Assembly: GCA_964558935.1 (NCBI GenBank)
Contig: CAZLFP010000001.1
Coordinates: forward strand, 83,260 to 147,259
Source of the DNA: an uncultured Gammaproteobacteria bacterium
Lineage (GTDB): Bacteria; Patescibacteriota; Patescibacteriia; 2-01-FULL-39-33
Length of the DNA: 64,000 nt
Direction of reading: 5' to 3'
Shown here: one piece after another, positions 58,689-64,000 of the stretch
Position numbering within the stretch: the stretch's first letter is position 1
How the letters are laid out: each line of letters starts with the position of its first letter
The notes under the pieces: model-generated
Seen by the model: the letters and a program-made list of their open reading frames with translations, nothing else
Databases searched by the model: none
What the model was told of the DNA's origin: nothing
Translations under genes and position numbers: made by a program

Positions 58689-61337
58689 CTATCTATTCTT
58701 AATCACGGCCTGAGCAGCTGCCAATCTGGCAATTGGGACTCTAAACGGTGAACAAGACACGTAATTAAAGCCTTCCCGATGACAGAATTCTACAGATTCC
58801 GGATCTCCGCCATGTTCTCCGCAAATACCAATCTTAAGTGAAGAATTAATACTCCTGCCTTTTTGAATGGCAATTCTAATCAATTCACCTACACCGGATT
58901 GATCCAATGATTGAAAAGGATCTCTTTCGTAAATACCTTTAGATACGTATTCCTTTAAAAATCGACCGGCATCATCTCTGGAAAATCCACAACCCATTTG
59001 AGTTAAATCGTTAGTACCAAATGAGAAAAATTCTGCTTCCTTGGCAATCTCATCTGCTGTCACAGCTGCTCGAGGAACTTCAATCATGGTACCGATCTTG
59101 TATTTCATTTCAACACCCGCATCTTTCAGCTTCTTGTCAATTATTTTAATGCTTCTTTCCTTTATGAGAGCTAACTCTTTAACATTACCAACTAAAGGAA
59201 TCATGATTTCCGGTTCGACTTTGTTCTGGTGACCGCAAGTCGGACATTTCTTGGAAACTTCAATGGCAGCTTCAATAATGGCTGTGACTTGCATATCATA
59301 AATTTCCGGATAAGTCACGGCTAAACGACAACCTCTGTGGCCAAGCATGGGATTGAACTCATGCAAATCAGCAATCTTGGCTTTTAGGACACCAACTTCC
59401 ACTTCCATCTCTCTGGCTAAATCAAAAATATCCTTTTCTTCGGTGGGTAAAAATTCATGTAGCGGTGGATCCAATAATCTAATCGTGGCCGGATAACCGT
59501 TTAAAGCTTGGAAAATGCCAATGAAATCCTCTTTCTGATAAGGTAATAACTTATCTAAAGCTTTTTTTCTACCCTTTTCATCGGCTGATAAAATCATTTC
59601 CCGAACCGCTTTAATTCGGTCGCCTTCAAAGAACATATGTTCAGTTCGACATAATCCAATACCTTCAGCGCCAAATTTAACAGCCACAGTCGTATCATGA
59701 GGAGTGTCAGCATTGGTTCTAACTTTAAGACTTCTAATCTCATCCGCCCAGGTCATAATGGTGGCAAAATCACCACTTAAATCCGGATCTTTGGTGTTTA
59801 CCTTTCCCTGATACACCTTACCATCGCCACCGTCTAAGGTGATATAATCACCTTCTTTAATTACAACACCGGATTCTTTTATCTTAAACTGCTTGGCTTT
59901 TTCATCAATTACAATGTCTCCGCAACCAGCCACGCAACAGGTGCCCATACCGCGAGCGACTACCGCAGCGTGTGAAGTCATACCACCCCGAGCAGTTAAA
60001 ATACCTTTAGCGCTATGCATGCCATCAATATCCTCAGGAGAAGTTTCCACTCTGACTAGAATCACATCTAAGCCTTGTTGAGTCTTGTCAGCTGCTTCCT
60101 GAGCCGTAAAGACCACTTGACCCACAGCTGCACCGGGAGAAGCCGGTAAACCTTGAGCAATGACCTCAGCTTGCTCCTTAGCGACTGGATCCAGTTGTTT
60201 ATGCAGCAACTGGTCCAATTGAGCCGGTTCTACTTTCATAAGTGCCTGCTCTTTGGTTAACAAACCTTCAGCCACCAGGTCAGAGGCAATCTTGACTGCA
60301 GCAGCAGCTGTTCTTTTTCCATTTCTGGCTTGTAATATAAATAATCTACCTTCCTGAATTGTAAACTCCATATCCTGCATATCTTTGTAATGCTTTTCGA
60401 CTCGGTCGCAAACTGCCACTAATTCTTGGTAAATCTCAGGCATCTGTTGACCTAAAGTTTCAACATCTTTGGGTGTTCGTATACCAGCCACCACATCTTC
60501 ACCTTGAGCATTCATTAAATATTCACCATAGAATTTGTTTTCACCGGTACTGGGATTTCTGGTAAAACACACCCCGGTGCCGGAATTTTCACTTAAATTT
60601 CCAAAGACCATGGCTTGAACATTAACGGCAGTACCGATTAAACCAAAAATATTATTTAAAGCTCGGTATTTATTGGCTCGAGGATTATTCCAAGAGTTAA
60701 AAACAGCGTCAATCGCCAATTGTAATTGTTCTTGCGGATCCTGAGGAAATTCTTTTTTGGTCACTTCCAGAATCTTTTCTTTGTATCTTTTAACAATCTC
60801 CTGCAAATCTTCAGCTGTCAGATCCGTATCATATTCCACACCTTTGGTGTCCTTGACATTCTCCAAAATTTCTTCAAATTCACTACCATTCATGCCTAAG
60901 ACGACATTGCCTAACATTTGAATTAATCTACGGTATGAATCCCAGGCAAATCTAGGATTATTGGTTTTTTTGGCTAAACCAACCACTGACTCATCATTCA
61001 AACCTAAGTTTAAAATGGTGTCCATCATACCGGGCATGGAGACAGCTGCTCCAGATCTCACAGAAACCAGTAAAGGATCTGTGGCATCGCCCAATTTCTT
61101 GCCGATAGACTCTTCCAATTCTACCAGCTTATCCGCAATTTGTTTTTTAACTTCAGCTGGATATTTACGATTGTTTTGGTGGTACACCTCACACACTTCG
61201 GTTGAAATGGTAAATCCTGGTGGCACATTAATGCCCAGACTGCTCATTTCAGCCAAGTTAGCACCTTTACCACCCAGAATCATTTTAAGATCTTTGTTTC
61301 CCTCCTGAAAAGAATACACGTACTTTTTGTCTGACAT
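58689..61337 (-). CDS. ppdK: Pyruvate phosphate dikinase
   Basis: LGGKGANL; SVRSGA; GGMTSHAAVVAR; EGIGLCRTEHM; SFGTNDL; GICGEHGG. Confidence 0.97.
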   Translation of the reverse strand: MSDKKYVYSFQEGNKDLKMILGGKGANLAEMSSLGINVPPGFTISTEVCEVYHQNNRKYPAEVKKQIADKLVELEESIGKKLGDATDPLLVSVRSGAAVSMPGMMDTILNLGLNDESVVGLAKKTNNPRFAWDSYRRLIQMLGNVVLGMNGSEFEEILENVKDTKGVEYDTDLTAEDLQEIVKRYKEKILEVTKKEFPQDPQEQLQLAIDAVFNSWNNPRANKYRALNNIFGLIGTAVNVQAMVFGNLSENSGTGVCFTRNPSTGENKFYGEYLMNAQGEDVVAGIRTPKDVETLGQQMPEIYQELVAVCDRVEKHYKDMQDMEFTIQEGRLFILQARNGKRTAAAAVKIASDLVAEGLLTKEQALMKVEPAQLDQLLHKQLDPVAKEQAEVIAQGLPASPGAAVGQVVFTAQEAADKTQQGLDVILVRVETSPEDIDGMHSAKGILTARGGMTSHAAVVARGMGTCCVAGCGDIVIDEKAKQFKIKESGVVIKEGDYITLDGGDGKVYQGKVNTKDPDLSGDFATIMTWADEIRSLKVRTNADTPHDTTVAVKFGAEGIGLCRTEHMFFEGDRIKAVREMILSADEKGRKKALDKLLPYQKEDFIGIFQALNGYPATIRLLDPPLHEFLPTEEKDIFDLAREMEVEVGVLKAKIADLHEFNPMLGHRGCRLAVTYPEIYDMQVTAIIEAAIEVSKKCPTCGHQNKVEPEIMIPLVGNVKELALIKERSIKIIDKKLKDAGVEMKYKIGTMIEVPRAAVTADEIAKEAEFFSFGTNDLTQMGCGFSRDDAGRFLKEYVSKGIYERDPFQSLDQSGVGELIRIAIQKGRSINSSLKIGICGEHGGDPESVEFCHREGFNYVSCSPFRVPIARLAAAQAVIKNR

Positions 61338-61435
61338 GGTTTTGTAAGCTAATTATGGATTAGATATTCAGTGACTTGTCAAAAAGAAAATAGGTCCAAG
61401 TGAGACCTATCACCTTCATTTAGCTTTGCTGTCAA

Positions 61436-62389
61436 TTATCTCAATTGGTACTTGGCTAGAATACCGTTTTGAGCTCCAATCTGACTAATGACTGAAGCAG
61501 AATTTAACATGCCCCAGCGCAAAGCTTCCTTAATTGTTTTAGCATAAATTAATCCAGCTGTAAAGGCAGAAGCAAAAGCATCACCCGCTCCAACTGTATC
61601 TACGACTTTTGTGGCTTTAGACTTCATAAAATAATACTTATGGCCGTCATAAACGTAAGCACCGGCCTTACCATCGGTGACCACTACCAACTTAGGACCA
61701 AGGCCATGAATATACTTGATTAAACCCTTGATATCCTTTAATTTCCTAAATTCACTGGCTTCATCCCGATTCAAAATCAAAACTTCCAATTTGGGCAGAA
61801 AGGTCTTCAAACGCTTTAAATCAGCCAGTTGACGACTACCCGGATTGAATGCCATCGGCTTTTGTAATCGACCTGCTTTGCGAATAATCCGATCCCAATT
61901 ATTCTCAGGCAAAGAAGAAACATACAGCCAGTCAGTATTAAGCCTGGTAATTGGTACGTCATCTGAGCTTAAAAAATCATTAGCACCCCGATGAGCAAAG
62001 ATAATATGTTCTTTTTCCTGGTTACTAACCGTTAAAATCATGGAAAAACCAGTAGCGTGTTGGGTATTTTTTTTAACAAACTCTGTTGCGATCTTTTTAG
62101 TCTTCATATTTTTAATCACCTGACAGCCGTTTTCATCCTGTCCCAAACGACAAATAGCGGCTGTTTTCAAACCTAGCTTAGCAAAAGTACTGGCTGTATT
62201 GACAGCTCCGCCTCCAAAGCTATAGTATATTTTATCGGCCACAATTTTAGCTCCATATTCAAAACCGAGCAATTTATGCTTAGTTAAATTGCCGGTTTTA
62301 ATCAGTTCTCCTTCCGAAGAATAGAACATGATATCTCGGGTGGCCCCGCCAATGGTAACTACTTGGTATTTGTTAACTCGACTCGCCAT
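61436..62389 (-). CDS. PfkB family carbohydrate kinase
   Basis: GGGAVN; NPG; DTVGAGDAF. Confidence 0.92.
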   Translation of the reverse strand: MASRVNKYQVVTIGGATRDIMFYSSEGELIKTGNLTKHKLLGFEYGAKIVADKIYYSFGGGAVNTASTFAKLGLKTAAICRLGQDENGCQVIKNMKTKKIATEFVKKNTQHATGFSMILTVSNQEKEHIIFAHRGANDFLSSDDVPITRLNTDWLYVSSLPENNWDRIIRKAGRLQKPMAFNPGSRQLADLKRLKTFLPKLEVLILNRDEASEFRKLKDIKGLIKYIHGLGPKLVVVTDGKAGAYVYDGHKYYFMKSKATKVVDTVGAGDAFASAFTAGLIYAKTIKEALRWGMLNSASVISQIGAQNGILAKYQLR

Positions 62390-62496
62390 ATACTGGTATT
62401 ATACCAGAGATTATTAAAAAAGAAAAAACCTGTTTACAGGTTTGACATATTAGATAACTTGTATTATACTGCCATCTAAACCAACAGGAGGATACT

Positions 62497-62586
62497 ATGA
62501 TCTGGTTTACTCTCTTCCTCATTGCCATGTTACTGGTTTGTCTGTATCTGGATTGGAATGATCCGGCTACAGATGACGAAGACTAA
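62497..62586 (+). CDS. 29-aa single-TM peptide with an acidic tail
   Basis: MIWFTLFLIAMLLVCLYLDWNDPATDDED*; AGGAGG SD; TTGACA-N17-TATACT at 62442-62470; terminator at 62597-62617. Confidence 0.6.
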   Translation: MIWFTLFLIAMLLVCLYLDWNDPATDDED

Positions 62587-62617
62587 CCACCACCCTATCC
62601 CTGTCATGAACAGGGAT

Positions 62618-63679
62618 TTATTTTTGCACAATCACAGTTTGGGTTGGATAAGCAAACTCTATTTTAGCTTTCTTAAAAGCAGTATAAATGGCTAAATTAA
62701 TCTCTTGGTTGACATCCATGTATTGATTATAATCCGGACTATCCACATGGTAGACCAACTCATAAATCAAACTGAAATCTCCATAAGTCTTAAAATGACA
62801 ACGATCAAATTCAGCTGCTGACTGCTTTCTAACTATTTGTTCGGTTATCTGAGGTATTAATTTCAATTTTTGTTCAGCAGTGCCATAGATCACTCCCAAG
62901 TCAACAGCCACTCGTCTTTTCTTCATTCTCTTGAAATTCTGGATTCTGGCTCCAGACAGTTCTTGGTTGGAAACTATCAATTCCTCACCTTGTAAAGTTC
63001 TAATTCTAGTGGTTTTTAAACCGATCTTCTCTACCGTACCGGAATCAGTACCTATGATTATGAAATCTCCAATCTTAAAAGGTTGGTCAATATAGATCAT
63101 GAAGCTGGAAAAGACATCACCCAAAATATTTTGAACAGCTAAAGCGATGGCAATACCACCAATACCCAAACCGGCTAACAATGAAGTTACATCAATGCCC
63201 AAGTTAGATAAAACCAAGATGATGCCAAATAACCACAGAATAATCTTGATGACTACGCCCGCTGCTTTAACCATGGACTTACTGCCTCGACTCCGACCAT
63301 TATCCATTCTTGCAGCATATTTTGTTAGGATATAATCTATGAGCTTTTGCAAGGCTTGGATAACTTCATAAACAACTAATATCAAAATGATGGTCAGAAC
63401 AACCTTGTCAACCAAAGCTGGAAATTTTAATACAGAGTAGCCTAAATAGACAGCGATGATTAAATAAAAAGCAGGCTTGATATCTGAAAAAACTTCAATT
63501 AAGGCATCGTCTAAATCATTGGCAGTTTTTTTGGCTAAAGATCTTAATCTAGCTAAAATCACAGCTTGGAAAATCTTCAGTCCAACTAAAGTTAAAACAA
63601 ATAAAACTACTGCCAAGGCATAATCATACAAAGTATTGCCCCAGTAGCTGATATCTTGCAAAGAGTAAATATATTCCAT
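62618..63679 (-). CDS. MscS family mechanosensitive channel
   Basis: AGLGIGGIAIALAVQ; PFKIGD; IGLKTT; IEFAYPTQ. Confidence 0.92.
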   Translation of the reverse strand: MEYIYSLQDISYWGNTLYDYALAVVLFVLTLVGLKIFQAVILARLRSLAKKTANDLDDALIEVFSDIKPAFYLIIAVYLGYSVLKFPALVDKVVLTIILILVVYEVIQALQKLIDYILTKYAARMDNGRSRGSKSMVKAAGVVIKIILWLFGIILVLSNLGIDVTSLLAGLGIGGIAIALAVQNILGDVFSSFMIYIDQPFKIGDFIIIGTDSGTVEKIGLKTTRIRTLQGEELIVSNQELSGARIQNFKRMKKRRVAVDLGVIYGTAEQKLKLIPQITEQIVRKQSAAEFDRCHFKTYGDFSLIYELVYHVDSPDYNQYMDVNQEINLAIYTAFKKAKIEFAYPTQTVIVQK

Positions 63680-63784
63680 ATGGTTATTATATCACAGATC
63701 ATGCTGATCTTTAAATTTGACAACTTTCATGCATCAATGATATGAAATAAGTAGAGTTCCGACTGTCTCAAAGGAGGTGATAAC

Positions 63785-63961
63785 ATGAGACATTGTCGAC
63801 CTGTTTCTTTGCCCAACTCCGCTTACTCAGCCGAGGAGTTGCAGCAATTCGGCTACTTCCTCAATGGTCTGGCTCAAATCATGAATTCCATTTTTGGATT
63901 TGTGACCACGTTGACCGACCAGATGACAAGTAAGGTCATCGCCAACAAGTACGCTTACTAA
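63785..63961 (+). CDS. 58-aa orphan protein
   Basis: AAGGAGGTGA SD; MRHCRPVSL...NKYAY*; TTGACA at 63717; terminator at 63970-64000. Confidence 0.6.
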   Translation: MRHCRPVSLPNSAYSAEELQQFGYFLNGLAQIMNSIFGFVTTLTDQMTSKVIANKYAY

Positions 63962-64000
63962 TCCGAACCAGCCGCTTGTCTACTGATAAGACAGGCGGCT

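Noticed and set aside
865-63335. Numerous short antisense or nested ORFs in the track (e.g. 10048..10410, 12993..13391, 27827..28198, 57379..57783)
   Set aside because: They lie within well-supported genes and look like shadow ORFs
1-64000. CRISPR array, rRNA, IS transposase, integron attC array
   Set aside because: I saw no regularly spaced direct repeats, rRNA signatures, transposase ORFs or attC-like sites by eye
1-64000. Alternative genetic code (UGA recoding as in Gracilibacteria/Absconditabacteria)
   Set aside because: Core genes are full length in the standard-code track, and the two split genes are frameshifts rather than in-frame stops

Overview
The window looks like a Patescibacteria (CPR, probably Parcubacteria-type) chromosome segment. 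This is inferred from gene content (PduL+AckA, PpdK, DUF4012, DUF192, standalone RNase HI), apparently leaderless genes and standard code 11. The left ~19.4 kb is a visibly more AT-rich island ending just beyond the 3' end of tRNA-Gln(TTG); its left end lies outside the window. The island carries: (i) a tightly coupled LexA-like repressor > HNH-SAVED (split at an A7 run) > CD-NTase/AGS-C > TM0106-type nuclease operon, i.e. a CBASS; (ii) a PD-(D/E)XK nuclease preceded by a C4-like antisense RNA arrangement; (iii) a ParB-methylase, methylase, TerS-like, TerL, large serine recombinase module with no capsid, portal or tail genes in view; (iv) a PLD-SNF2 helicase plus an N6-adenine methyltransferase/TRD gene. 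The other ~44 kb is core genome: ftsEX, rlpA, PPIase, ftsB-like, Ca transport, dnaB, ybaB, recR, rplU, tgt, glycosyltransferases, rnpB, rnhA, recJ, lepA, murJ, ackA, pduL, ppdK, pfkB, mscS and two more tRNAs. It is interrupted by many GC-richer orphan units, each with its own TTGACA-N17-TAnnnT promoter, strong SD and terminator. Two unrecognised structured RNAs lie head-to-head with rnpB. All calls come from reading the sequence; no searches or folding programs were run.
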